The notes under the pieces were generated by a model. The model had not been told where the DNA came from, made no database searches, and was given only the letters and a program-made list of their open reading frames with translations. From assembly GCA_012295275.1 (NCBI GenBank), contig CM022672.1, positions 5,580,001 through 5,644,000 of the forward strand: a DNA stretch of 64,000 bases, read 5' to 3'. This DNA comes from Chrysomallon squamiferum (lineage: Eukaryota; Animalia; Mollusca). Positions 12,401-23,709 of the stretch are shown piece by piece (within the stretch, counting starts at the first letter, position 1; each line of letters begins with the position of its first letter). The position numbers and the translations under genes are program-made.

Positions 12401-15330
12401 GAATTTACCAATTCCTTGAGCAGCCTTAGCCTTTGGGAAACAAACTTTTCATCTGACACAAACACTTGGAGCTCTGAGTCAAAATCGCTTTTACTGCAGA
12501 GTCAAGCAGAATGAACTGAAAATTAAAATTTAAAAACTGAATTAAAACTTTTTATTGGTCTCCTAAATCATTTCTAGAACACTGATTTCTAAAACAAGTG
12601 ATAACAAATTTGCCATTTTCAAGCCCAAACACTTTCATATTCTTCACATCATTTTACCATTTTGAAAATAATAAATTATATTTCTCATAAAGCTTTTAAT
12701 TCCTTTTTTAATTATTATTTGTCTGGATACCTAATCAACTGCAGTCTAGTAATTAATATAAAAAGATTATTTATGTGAAATAAAACTGGAGGGATGGATG
12801 GATGGATGTGCATGTTGCATCCTGGTGAAATTTTGTTTAGTAAATTCCTCCCTTGGCCAAAATGCATCCTACTGCACTTCAGATTAATTTCCTATGTTTT
12901 CTTTTGAAATATATTGCTTATAAAAAATATATTAAAAAACCCACCAAAACACCTCTCTTCCATAAATAAATAAAATATAGTCTGACAAACCCCTGCTTAC
13001 TTTCCACTAGAACTTGTTCCAAGATACTCAATGATTTAAGGCCAACAACTTTAACCAGTGAAACAAATATTAAAATTATTTTATCTTTTATACCAACCTC
13101 CTGCCTGACCATGGTTGGCTGAATATGGTTGCTAGGAAACCATTCTTTGATTGACATCAGTAAGGACATTATGTGACTGAGGTACCAGATACAAGGGTTG
13201 AAATTTTCAACAACATGGTGAAGATACAAAATTTTCCTGTACCGATCACCCTGCAATAAAACAAAAAAAAATTTTACATTTGTTTTGGGGAAAAATTCAT
13301 TATATTTGTATGTACAGATACTTATTAAACTCAAGTAAAATATATTTTACATAAATTAACAGTAATCATAAGAAAGAGTTCTGATTCTCTGAAGACTATC
13401 CTACAGATAAAATTTTTATTTTTAAATATAATAAAAATTATTTACAAAGGATAGTGTTCAAATTAAACAAGGACACTTTTAATCCCACATTCTGTGAAAA
13501 GCATCTTGTTTTAACAAAAACCAGAATAAATGGACTGTTTTCTTACAATGCCGTATCTGAGAGCAAACTCGCGAAGAAGTCTGACAGAAGCAGACGAGAG
13601 AGGTGTCATGAAGTCAGAGCCTTCGTTTTTGAACTGACTCTCATACCTGAAACACACACAGTTACAACAACACTAACACTGAATACTGTCATTTTACACA
13701 TGCTTAATTATAATGATAATAATTGAATCTGGTATTAACAAATATATGATTAATACTGTATGAAAAAATATCATTTTCGAATGAATATTTGTTATTTGTT
13801 TCACAATACCATATTTTATATTAACCATTATTGTAATCTAACATATTCTTAATGAATAATGAAATTAATGAATCTAACATACCAGATACATGGTTTATTT
13901 ATTTATTGGGAAGTAGCTGGTAGCCAATAGTTAATGGATAAACAAATTTTTAAAATATTTTAAATGAATACTTATTTCATGATATCATATTTTAAGTTAA
14001 TGATTTTAACATATCAAAACATGAAGGATGGTCCATGGTGAGGAGTAAACCTTTGTTTTGTCAGTTAATGTGTGAACAGTTATTTAACAATATTAAATCT
14101 CATATCAAAGACAAAATATTAGTAAAAAGACTAAAACTAACTTTAGTAGTTTAGACAATAGGATTTCATAATCTTCGTGTACTTGTTTTAGCTCCATCAG
14201 ATGGCTCTGGCTGTTTCTAGGAAAAGGTAATGCAAAATGCCAAAATTTGTTCAGCATTTCGGCTATTTGAGTTCTCTCCCTTTGCTGCCAATTTTCATAT
14301 CCATATCGAGACTAAAAATGAAAAATGAATTAAAGAAGTAAATAAAAATGAAATAAATAATAATAATATAACAAAGAAATAAATACAGATATATGTGGAA
14401 ATACATATAAAATTATATTGATCAATATTAATTTTAAATTATCCTTTTCTTAACAAACTACATTTTATTATTTTTTTAATCATTGCATTTTCTTTACAGA
14501 TTATTAATACAGAATATTTTATCTTAGGAAATGAAATCTGTATTAGCAGACTTTAGTTCAGTCACAAAATCTTTCATGTATGACAGTATCAGTTTTTTCA
14601 GTTTATCAGTTTTTAGGAATGAACATTTTCCTAATCCAGCCACAGCTCTTTTATGAACTATTTCCATGAACGGGAAGGTGCATATGAAAGACTTCTTTCT
14701 GTTAACTGGTAAGAGTAACCAACTGTGTGGAGATATCTGATTTTCTATCATTTCAACATTACACAGAATTCATATTTGTCATCAAATATCAAAATTCAAG
14801 GAAGCACATCTAAATAAATATGTACTAGTTCATCCATTCAAAATACACAGTGATTCTATCAACTTAATTAAAATTTTGTTTTATGTAAAAGTATAATGAA
14901 TATATGATGAGGTGACAAATAATATTATAGTTCCACATAATATTAATTTTTATTACATATCAAACCTATCATTTTTGTATATTGATGAGAGAAAAGAAGA
15001 AACACTGACACAGCATCCTTGTCATTACTGCAGCATGGAATCTTGTTATATTCATCTCCAAAAAACAAGAAAGAATATAACAAAGCCTGTCCTAAATTGG
15101 TTACTGAGAAATGCAAGTACAGATCCCTTGGAACTGTGATACCTCAGGTGTGAGTTCTAATCAACTACAGAGTTTTATACACAGTGAGTACTCACAAGAA
15201 AGTTGTGAGGACTGTAGAAGTTGTTTGAGTTGTTCTCTAATGCAACAAGCTGAGCAAACAAGTCTTCTGCCAGAAGCTGAACAAAGCAAAAATATATTTA
15301 ATCTCATAGTAATTTATTTTATTTATGTAG

Positions 15331-15413
<83 letters not shown>

Positions 15414-18391
15414 ATTAAATAAGCAGACAGAAAAAGATAGATAGATAATGAAGAGATGGAGATAGAGAGATAGATAGATAATGGAGAGATGGAGAAAGGA
15501 GATAATAAGACAGAAAAACATGAGAGAGAGAGAGACAGATAGGTGTAGAAAAAAGAATGAGAAAAGAGAGAAAAAAAGAAAGATGGGGAGAAAGAATGGT
15601 AGAAAGAAAGGAGACGGGGAGGAAAAGTGAGAAAGAAAATGCAAAGGAAAAAAAAAAATTAATAAAGACATAACAGAAAAAGGAACTAGAAAAAAAAAGA
15701 TAAACATATAGAGAGAAAAAAAAAAATGAAATAAGGAAAAAAAAAATTAAATAAATAAAATTAAAATTTAAACTTTTTTTTTTTTTTAACCTGCGGAGGA
15801 GTTTTTCTGTGATACTTCTTGATGATCTCTCTCTCGTACTGGCGGAATCGTTCACTTGACAGACAAAAACATTTGCACAGCATGTCGCACAGGCTTTCCG
15901 TGGGAATCATTGCTGCATCGTCGTGCTCGGCCTCCACTCCACTGTCATGCAGTGAGTGCGGCGTTGATGGCCGCATCGGTGGGCCAGGTATGATGAACTT
16001 GGAGACACCGTCTGACAGCACGGTGTCCGGAGAGGACGAGCATGGGGATGGGGGGTCTGGTACCCCTAGGGCAGGGAAAGAGGCACACAGGTAGGCGTGT
16101 TGGAAAGCCTGAAATTCCTGTTGCGAAAAAATAGAATAAGAGTTATTAGTTAATCTCTTTATTTAGTAATTATGTTATTCTCATTCCTGCAGATGTGTGG
16201 TTATTTAAATTTTTTTATTATTAATATTCTGGTTGTAGTCGTTTATTGCACTGGGTGAAAATAGTGTAGCCTAGTGGTAAGAGTGTTCGACTGAGTCAAA
16301 CCTTTTTCTGAGAACAACCAGAAATGCCAACTGGGCTATTTCAGTGAAAAGATGAATTCACTAAAGTCAAACTGTTTCCACGTTCCAGGGATTTATTAAG
16401 TGTCTAAACATACAAACTCAGTAACTGAATCTTTCACCTGGTTCTAACAGTGTTCAGTTTTGAGAATTTTCTTTAATTCTGTTTGTGATAGTAAAAGGAA
16501 TGTTAATTAACATGCTGTAATTCAGAAATAAAATAAAATAACATAAAATAAAATAAAAAATAAAATAAACAACAGTTTATGAATAAATTTTTATCTATAG
16601 ATTAACATAGTTTATGAAAGGATGAAAAAATTATTTTACCCTTGAATTCAAAACTTCAGTTACTGGTTTTGAACTCTTTTCTGCTGAAAACAACAAAACA
16701 AATAAATAAACAAACATCTTGAATATGAAGTCTCTTCAGTAACATTCATGCACTGCTAAATTTACTACATTTTAATTGAGATCCACATCATACAGTTAAA
16801 CACAAAGGCAGGCATAGAAAAATAACACATACCTGTAAATTACACATACATGCATGGAGACATTTATAAATAAATTCTTACCTCCTTCAATATTAGCTTC
16901 ATTGTTTTTGCCAACCTGAAAAAAAAGATGTTATAATACATTCATTTTATATATTTTTAAAACTTAATTTTTTCCCTTTTCTTTCATATGTAGATAAATA
17001 CAACCTTTTCAATCATGCCATATTAACTCAAATGCAGTTTTCTGTCAACAAATCTTTCCGCTATTCAAAAAAAAAAAAAAAAATGTTTTGCTGATAGTGC
17101 ATTAGGAGTAATGGTAGAAGATTTAATTTGCTCAAATTAAAATTCTTCAACGTTTAAAATTAAAATCGTTTAACAGTTAAAATTAACATGATTTTCGGAG
17201 TTGTTAAATTAATATTAATTAACAAGTTAACAATCTCACCAGCCTAACGTTACTGAACCTTGTCCGTCTTCCTGCCAAACGTAAACAACATTTTCTTGGT
17301 CTGAAATGTTACAATCAGTTGTGAGGAAAATATCATTATAATAAAAATTTTAAATTTTAAAAAAATAAATACTAACAGTTTGTAAAATTATAATAATAAT
17401 AAATGATAAAAATAATAACAGATAACCACAATAATAACAAGAATAAAAATATAAATAATTTATAGTAAATTAACAATAATATTAACAATATTCATTTATA
17501 ATAATTATTATAAATTAACATTAATAAAAAAATGAAAAAAAAATACTCTGGAAAAATAATAATTTACAATAATGAAACCAAAGAAGCATTTAATGATACC
17601 AAAACTTACAAAAGCAAAATCAAGATATATTACAGTACTCACTCCAGTTGACTGAAATAGTTTTCAATTTTCTTCACTGTTGAGCCAAAACTGTAAAATA
17701 TAAAATTAATAATTTTCATGGACGAAGATGCAGTTAAATGCAATTAGATGGAACATATGTATGAAGCAGACTCCACCAATAAATATTTTTCTTACTAGTC
17801 AGATATGACATTTCTGAAACCATTTTATTCTATTTTGTTTTGATTTCAACAAAAAAATTCTGTAGAAAATGTTTTAGAGTTAATGATGCACAACAGATTT
17901 TATTTTTCAGATAATTAGCAAATAATTAGATGAAATGTATTGAGAGTATTGTTTATGTGAATGTGTGTGTGTGTGTATATGTGTGTGCATGCATGCATGT
18001 AAGAGTGTGTTAATATATGTGTATGGGTACATGAATGCATCATGCAAATGTTAGTTAATATGTTGATGTGTGTGTTCATGTATATATGTGTGAGTTAATG
18101 TATGTTAATACATGTGTGACTATAATAATATGCCTATATGTGTATATGTGATATAATATTTTATGTGTGTGTGTGTGTGTTTTGGAAAAAAACCAGATAG
18201 CAGATATATAAATACAAAAGGACCAACCGAAGTATTGATGTCCCATAAGAACTAGAATTTCCTAATGAGTTATTGTCTGTTGCTGTGGTGATGTCTACTT
18301 TTAACCACTGTTTTTCTTCTTCCTCTGTCACCAGTCTGAGTACTGACTCAGCACTCAACTGAGTCACTGAGGTTTCAGTAGCAAACATCAT
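797..18391 (-). CDS. Multi-exon gene (27 coding exons found): Munc13/BAIAP3/CAPS-family MUN-domain (MHD1+MHD2) protein, ~1,396 aa within window, 3' end unresolved; one apparent 1-nt frameshift
   Basis: Hand-assembled GT-AG exons with consistent phases. Peptides match Munc13-family landmarks: 'LLREFALRYGIGDRYR', 'LNITKIAAQCFYSMLMEDVK', 'FLQGEIIQWC', 'LSSSLIDMIVLLQRL', 'MCLRINDI', 'LQPLTKFLHDYLDKLSEWLHTDNFHVVLECLW', 'FQLQLFTLSTSQLL'. Confidence 0.85.
1379..1444 (-). CDS. MUN-protein exon (YLIHFINNYKNGISRSLLLSQA)
   Basis: gttttcag acceptor, gtgagt donor; resembles Munc13 'YFHAGGNGLKKTFL'. Confidence 0.8.
1787..1845. repeat. (TG)n microsatellite
   Basis: Seen directly. Confidence 0.95.
1864..1947 (-). 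CDS. MUN-protein exon (DFEKETAKLKAEDIFLMLKAKRLIHSIA)
   Basis: ttttgcag acceptor, gtaagt donor, phase 0-0. Confidence 0.85.
2847..3029 (-). CDS. MUN-protein exon, MHD2 start (LNLFIQDAL...LQPLTKFLHDYLDKL...VLECLWLFIVQ)
   Basis: gtctttcag acceptor, gtgaga donor; resembles MHD2 'I.PL..FLD..L..L....F..VL..LW'. Confidence 0.9.
3367..3416. repeat. (TCAC)n microsatellite next to a splice donor
   Basis: Seen directly. Confidence 0.9.
3426..3601 (-). CDS. MUN-protein exon (VDAVDENSEW...FRAQTRLMAYR)
   Basis: ttttttcag acceptor, gtaaag donor (alternative gtgagt 9 nt further), phase 1-0. Confidence 0.85.
4070..4238 (-). CDS. MUN-protein exon, MHD1 end (MCLRINDIAAMIKCL...ETSLQ)
   Basis: ttttacag acceptor, gtgaat donor, phase 0-1; CLRIND resembles the MHD1 C-x-x-x-N-[DN] motif. 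Confidence 0.85.
4668..4808 (-). CDS. MUN-protein exon (LVNYLTYKQ...YEAVTQQ)
   Basis: ttcttacag acceptor, gtagac donor, phase 0-0. Confidence 0.85.
5335..5433 (-). CDS. MUN-protein exon (AMCKNISLYCDNIFCLDLCG...IGPQ)
   Basis: gtttacag acceptor, gtaaag donor, phase 0-0. Confidence 0.85.
5822..7015 (-). CDS. MUN-protein large exon (398 aa): Ser/acidic disordered insertion, then MHD1 resumes (LPLSSSLIDMIVLLQRL...EVFLE)
   Basis: Within the 414-aa ORF; tttttgcag acceptor, gttatt donor, phase 0-0. Confidence 0.9.
7285..7440 (-). CDS. MUN-protein exon (FQMQSLHLDDLMSE...SPTSKQ)
   Basis: Tandem acceptors tttacag (7441) and tttcag (7435), gtgact donor, phase 0-0. Confidence 0.8.
8330..8435 (-). CDS. 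MUN-protein exon, MHD1 start (AQTWRSFLQGEIIQWCSILKTQIHTLVLETVAGDS)
   Basis: cctcag acceptor, gtaagt donor, phase 2-0; resembles Munc13 WFEPFVIQWL. Confidence 0.85.
9186..9274 (-). CDS. MUN-protein exon (SKQDINLLMLGLVYRLGQLDHDWSHFIPME)
   Basis: ctacag acceptor, gtaagt donor, phase 0-2. Confidence 0.85.
9281..9600. repeat. Imperfect (AAT/AAC)n microsatellite filling most of an intron
   Basis: Seen directly. Confidence 0.95.
9659..9752 (-). CDS. MUN-protein exon (YLNITKIAAQCFYSMLMEDVKDLCCNDTQIT)
   Basis: ttctgcag acceptor, gtgagt donor, phase 2-0. Confidence 0.85.
10684..10757 (-). CDS. MUN-protein exon (LNILIGNIRDEVSEYKTTYQTIFQR)
   Basis: ttttacag acceptor, gtaaaa donor, phase 0-2. Confidence 0.85.
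11171..11260 (-). CDS. MUN-protein exon (NMFRPVHEHHKVVARMEM...CPIL)
   Basis: atttgcag acceptor, gtataa donor, phase 0-0. Confidence 0.8.
11599..11699 (-). CDS. MUN-protein exon (ILISLISLSLELRG...FLYSAIQ)
   Basis: aatttcag acceptor, gtaata donor, phase 1-0. Confidence 0.8.
12409..12515 (-). CDS. MUN-protein exon with apparent 1-nt insertion (FILLDSAVKAILTQSSKCLCQMKSLFPK / AKAAQGI)
   Basis: ttttcag acceptor, gtaaat donor; 107 nt where 106 is needed; in-frame TAA at 12426-12428. Confidence 0.75.
13098..13250 (-). CDS. MUN-protein exon (GDRYRKILYL...PTMVRQE)
   Basis: ttattgcag acceptor, gttggt donor, phase 0-0. Confidence 0.85.
13547..13646 (-). CDS. MUN-protein exon (YESQFK...VRLLREFALRYGI)
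   Basis: tgtttcag acceptor, gtaaga donor; EFALRYGI resembles Munc13 EFAMRYGV. Confidence 0.85.
14142..14311 (-). CDS. MUN-protein exon (SRYGYENWQQRERTQIAEMLNKFW...HEDYEILLSKLLK)
   Basis: catttttag acceptor, gttagt donor, phase 0-2; absent from the ORF track. Confidence 0.8.
15196..15276 (-). CDS. MUN-protein exon (LLAEDLFAQLVALENNSNNFYSPHNFL)
   Basis: ttgttcag acceptor, gtgagt donor, phase 0-0. Confidence 0.8.
15335..15412. repeat. (GA)n microsatellite followed by a purine-rich tract
   Basis: Seen directly. Confidence 0.95.
15791..16117 (-). CDS. MUN-protein exon (EFQAFQHAYLCASFPALG...ESLCDMLCKCFCLSSERFRQYEREIIKKYHRKTPPQ)
   Basis: GC-rich 109-codon open exon, cgcaacag acceptor, gttaaa donor; resembles the N-terminal helical segment of Munc13-4/BAIAP3/CAPS. 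Confidence 0.85.
16264..16345 (+). mobile_element. SINE 5' fragment with tRNA-like head
   Basis: Pol III A-box-like TAGCCTAGTGGTAAG followed by the TGGGCTATTTC core; no B-box or cloverleaf. Confidence 0.45.
16640..16683 (-). CDS. MUN-protein micro-exon (EKSSKPVTEVLNSR)
   Basis: ttttcag|cag NAGNAG acceptor, gtaaaa donor, phase 1-0. Confidence 0.7.
16882..16915 (-). CDS. MUN-protein micro-exon (VGKNNEANIEG)
   Basis: ttttttcag acceptor, gtaaga donor, phase 0-1. Confidence 0.7.
17240..17300 (-). CDS. MUN-protein exon (PRKCCLRLAGRRTRFSNVRL)
   Basis: catttcag acceptor, gtgaga donor, phase 2-0. Confidence 0.65.
17643..17690 (-). CDS. MUN-protein exon (FGSTVKKIENYFSQLE)
   Basis: tattttacag acceptor, gtgagt donor, phase 2-2. 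Confidence 0.7.
18228..18391 (-). CDS. MUN-protein gene, first coding exon found (MMFATETSV...GTSILR)
   Basis: Acceptor ttgttgcag ends at 18395; ATG at 18391; donor gttggt in phase 2 matches the next exon. The start codon could lie further upstream. Confidence 0.6.
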
Positions 18392-19215
18392 ACACTGCAA
18401 CAACATCAACTAATGTATATATACATATATATATGTAATATATGTAACGTATGCATAAGTCATTAAATGAATATACATAAACATAGTATAAAGTATTTTA
18501 TACTGAACAAACACATCTACAAATGTTTTTGTTCAGTATAATATCACAAATATCTCAACTGCTATAAATCTGAGCTACCATCTACTTTCTAATAAATAAA
18601 TAAATAAATAAATACATACATAAACAAATAGATAATTAGATAACTAACTAACTAAATAAATAAATAAATAAATACATGTAATGGGTTGAAGTATCAAACA
18701 TCGTTAATATACCTCACCACTTCATCCCATTCCAGTCAATGACCTATAACTGTGAATCAGAGGCTATGGTATATAATGTTGTTGTTTTTTTTTATCTTAA
18801 TGTTGTTTTTCTGTTAACAAAACAGTGTGAAAAGCACTGGAAATAATATATCAACAGGATGTCAATAGCCAATGAATAAAAAAAACAATTCATATTTTTC
18901 ATAAATTTAAATAATAGCAAGTTGTTAAACAAAACAAACTTTAAAGTTTAAGACAAAAATAAAATTATCAAGTTAGAAAATGACATGTAACCATTTCTTT
19001 ACCAGATAATGTCACATCCTTATTATTATCTGCTGTATATGTGTGTGTGATAACAAACTTTACTCAAAGTCCAAGCATTCACATCTATGTGATATTTATG
19101 AATGTGCATGATTACAGTATGTATAAATTATTATAACTGTAAATATTAAGTTACTAGAAATTAAACTGATATATTTGTAAATCATGAAATAAAAATGCAT
19201 ATATATATATATTAA

Positions 19216-19250
<35 letters not shown>

Positions 19251-20082
19251 CCATGTTTTTGTGTTTGTGTATATACATGGGAGTGTATATATAATATGAA
19301 CACATGCACACTGCGATAAATAAATATATACTCAAATACATGCATAATATAATATTTCAGAAACAAACTGCATATGAAAGAAAAAAGTAGTGTGGTCGCT
19401 GACACAAATTATTTTATCGAACACTTAAACCCATAACATGGAAGTATACATGTAATGTATAAATACAACTCTTGACAGCTGTTTTAGTAACACCATAAGT
19501 AAATAAGTCAACAACGAAGCTAACAAAAGGTAAATGATATTATGTGCTTTAATGTTTATGTTATAAATAGTACTTAAATCTTGTTAGTATGTACTTCTCT
19601 GGGTAAATTCATGAAGATAAATTTACACTTTTCATGCTTGTACGAATGGACGTATTTTTACCATTTGTATGCGCTCATGTTAACTGCATTTAAATATTAT
19701 TTATTAGCTGAAAGCATTTCATTACAATCGACACTCGCCAAAAAAACCCACAAAACGTATACTTAAAAGTTTTGAGTCTATCAGATAAATTACACAATTT
19801 AAAAATAATAATAACAAATAAAAAACTATTTGATAAGGCGGCCTATGCTGAAGTCAGTAAAGATGCATGGCAACTAAAATATAAACTCGAAAAATGAGGT
19901 TTAACTAAACATGTGATGACAGAGAAGTTTACCCTTTCTGATTTACGTCACATATTGCAAACTGCGCCAGAATCCACTTAATGAAAGAAGTAATTCACAT
20001 TCAAACTAACAAAGGTTTTTAAAAAGAAATATCACATGATTTGTGTCTACTGAGCCTTCGTGATCAGAGTAATTTCCCTTAC

Positions 20083-20170
20083 CTTTTCCAGATTTTTATG
20101 CAAATAAAATAATTCTTATCAGACTGAGGCATCCCGGTTTCTATTTATTTCTTTGTTTACTGTTGGCATC
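20083..20170 (-). promoter_or_regulatory. Candidate first (5') exon / promoter of the MUN-protein gene
   Basis: Strong donor AAG|gtaagg at 20082, at the edge of the CpG-depleted gene body; forkhead-like GTAAACA nearby. Splicing to 18394 is not demonstrated. Confidence 0.35.
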
Positions 20171-20338
20171 AATCAATCCATTTGAAGATTTTTTTTTTCT
20201 TTTTAATTTGTATTTATTTATATTAAAACAAATAAGTTTGGTTTAATTCTACAAATAAAATAATATTTTTCATCATCAAGATAATTTGAAATAAAGTAAA
20301 TCCTTGGTTTAAGCACATAAATGAAAATCGAATTTATG

Positions 20339-20341
<3 letters not shown>

Positions 20342-20416
<75 letters not shown>
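20342..20416. repeat. (CT)n microsatellite
   Basis: Seen directly. Confidence 0.95.
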
Positions 20417-20420
<4 letters not shown>

Positions 20421-20663
20421 TTCTATGGACAGCAATGTTAACAGAAAATATTCTTTTCATTTATCGCACAGCATATTGTATTAGTTTTTAACGTTTCCTA
20501 TCATAACCATACATTTCATACCTAAAATAGGAAAATTTAACAAGATGTGTATATGGAAGATGGACGACTAAATTATTTCAGAAAACTGAACAAATCAAAA
20601 TTTGAATACACCAGGATGTTTGTCGAATAAAGTATAATATTTCTTTCCTTGAGATAAAACATA

Positions 20664-20702
<39 letters not shown>

Positions 20703-21179
20703 CTCACTTTGAACTTAATTTTCTAAAAAAATAAATAAATAAATAAAAAAAAATAGATTATCAAAAGTGCAGACAAAATGCCATTTATGGAGAATGTTTC
20801 CAGCTAGAGAGACCATCATCCCAGACACAAGCCTATCCCGAGCTATGCCAATGCTTCCTTTCCTTTTAACATAAATTAAGGTTTTGTTGACTCTGTATCA
20901 TATTTACGACTTTACGATATTACCAAACAAGGAGAGAAAAAAAAAAAATAAAAAATAAAAAATAAAAAAATGTCTATTATAAGTCAGATTTCTTTTTGTG
21001 AGTTACTTTTTTTCTTTCTTTCTTTTTTTATTTATTTATTTTTAATTATTATTATTATTTTAATTAAATTAATATACGCTTCAGAACAGAATCCAGATTT
21101 TAGAAACGATAAGAACCTGTCATTCTGTTTAACATAATTTTCAGCTTAAACATTAGAAACAAATAAATAAACAAAATAA

Positions 21180-21214
<35 letters not shown>

Positions 21215-21453
21215 AATTTCAAATAATAGATTTATTCTGCAGCTAGGCCTCCTGGGAACAATATGTCACATCTTTGTAAAAAAAAAAAAACACACACACA
21301 CAACGTGTCCATTGACGCGAATCGACCCTAGTTCCTTTTACAATTCAAGGTTACACTTAACCTGATTATTGTAAAGGAAAATAACTTCAGTGCAAGGGCG
21401 GGTCCAGAAATATTTTTTAAAAATCTCAGTATCGGGATAAAATTCAAGAACAG

Positions 21454-21515
<62 letters not shown>

Positions 21516-21539
21516 TACATAGGAACATTTGTCTGATAA

Positions 21540-21570
<31 letters not shown>

Positions 21571-22193
21571 CAGGGAAAGGGGGACGTCTGAAGGTGCCTC
21601 GTTTCAAAAGGGTGGCGTGAGACTCACTGAGGCAGATAAAGACCGACCCGAGTTGACAATGAATAGAATCTATTAATAACCTTTTGGATTTTTTTTTTTT
21701 TTTTTTTTTTTTGTCTTCATGCGTGAATGCTCGGCAGTTGTAGATTGCTGTTGGCAACAGTAACCAGGACAGCATGCGCCGTCTGCTTGCATTGTAATGT
21801 TTGACATGAGAGGTCAGGGTTTAAGATCACATTATTTTCCTGACCTTTTTCTCTCTCTCTCTTTTTAAATCCCTCTTTATTACTTCTTTAAGTAGCAACG
21901 ATAACCTTATTCCGTGCTAGGGGTTAAAGTGCGGATTCATAATTTTTAAGGGTGAACGTCTCCAATGAAATTACAATAGTGATTGGCTTTTTTTTTTTTT
22001 TTTTTTTTAAAGCATAATGACATACAAAATTATACATATATATATATGTAAATGAATATATATGCATAAGTGAATATACATAAACATAGTATTGTATAAT
22101 ATACAGATCAAATGCACCTACAAATATCACAACTGCTGTAAATACAGCAAACACACACACACACACATACACACAATATGTATACATACATAA

Positions 22194-22240
<47 letters not shown>

Positions 22241-22982
22241 TATATAGATATACATGTATACACACACACACACACATACAGGTTAGGTTAATATAATTTT
22301 AACATTTCTCTTATCGTTTATATTTTACTTACTGTAATTTAAATGTAGACATGACGATATTCTCAACAGTCAAGATTACTAATGTTAGTAATCTGGCAAG
22401 TGTTGAGTAAAATAGCCGAATTTGGCCCCTACACACTTGTTTAATTTATGTGTAAATCTGACAACACAGATATTTAAAGTGGGGTGATAAAAGTATCATG
22501 ATATATGATACACTGCAATGATAACACACAATTCAATGAGAGACAGGTACAATGAAATAATCAGTAAATTTTATTTATTTATTTATTTTATTATTATATT
22601 ATTATTATATTATTATCATCATCATCATGATCATCATCATCATCATCATCATCAATATTATTATTATTATTTTAATGTTAATGTTAATGAATATCATTTA
22701 TCATAATAATAACGGTAATTTGGAAACGATAAGTATTATTATGGTTTTTTGTTTGGGTTTTTTCGTTAACATAAAAGGCGGACGTTAAAACTACTAATTT
22801 TACATATCTCACAGAACAATGATTATTCTTACATCATCAGCTATTAGTCGTTAGACGTTTGTTTAGCACTAACAATACCACACTGATTAATTCTTCTTTC
22901 TTTCATCGTCTGCTGCTGGATATGAAACATTCGTTTGATGACAGTATTAGAGCATCAGTGTTCTGTTTTCCATTACTGAACG

Positions 22983-23044
<62 letters not shown>

Positions 23045-23357
23045 TTTTTTTTCCACTGTCAGTAAGATGTATCGTAAGCTTGTACTTATTCTTAAATAAC
23101 CGTGTTCACACAGAGACAATATTAAATATTCATCAAGTGTATCAACGTTCTGGATCAGCTGTTGAAAGCAAACGTGTTTCATAGGCGAGAGTCGAGTATT
23201 CCCATGCTAACAATTTCGTGTTTAGTATACAAACGCTTATTATTAAATATAAACATAAATACAATCAAATATAAATAGGTAAATATATACGCATAGATGT
23301 ATGAATAATTGGTTTTAAGTTTACACAAAACATCATTCTTTAATCTTGTTCAGCCAT

Positions 23358-23361
<4 letters not shown>

Positions 23362-23437
<76 letters not shown>

Positions 23438-23634
23438 GGACTGAGAAGGACGATGGAAACAGAAAGAGAGATACAGGGACAGAGAAGGATAGAGACACAG
23501 AAAGAGAGTGACAGAAAGGACGGAGAGAGAGATAGAGAAAAACAGACAGAGATAGAGACACAGAGAGATAGAAACAGAAAGCGAAAGAAAGAGATAGAAA
23601 CAGAGAGAGAAAGAGAGAGGGGGGGGAGGGAGGG

Positions 23635-23706
<72 letters not shown>
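23362..23706. repeat. (CT)n followed by degenerate and pure (GA)n
   Basis: Seen directly. Confidence 0.9.

Positions 23707-23709
<3 letters not shown>

Noticed and set aside
14524-14751. 75-aa minus-strand ORF as a MUN-gene exon
   Set aside because: No compatible splice sites; exon 14142-14311 already closes the phase and fits the family motif.
15010-15090. Candidate extra exon ending at a gtcagt donor
   Set aside because: Weak acceptors, and its phase conflicts with the following phase-0 exon.
16264-16345. tRNA gene
   Set aside because: A-box only, no B-box or cloverleaf; better explained as a SINE head.
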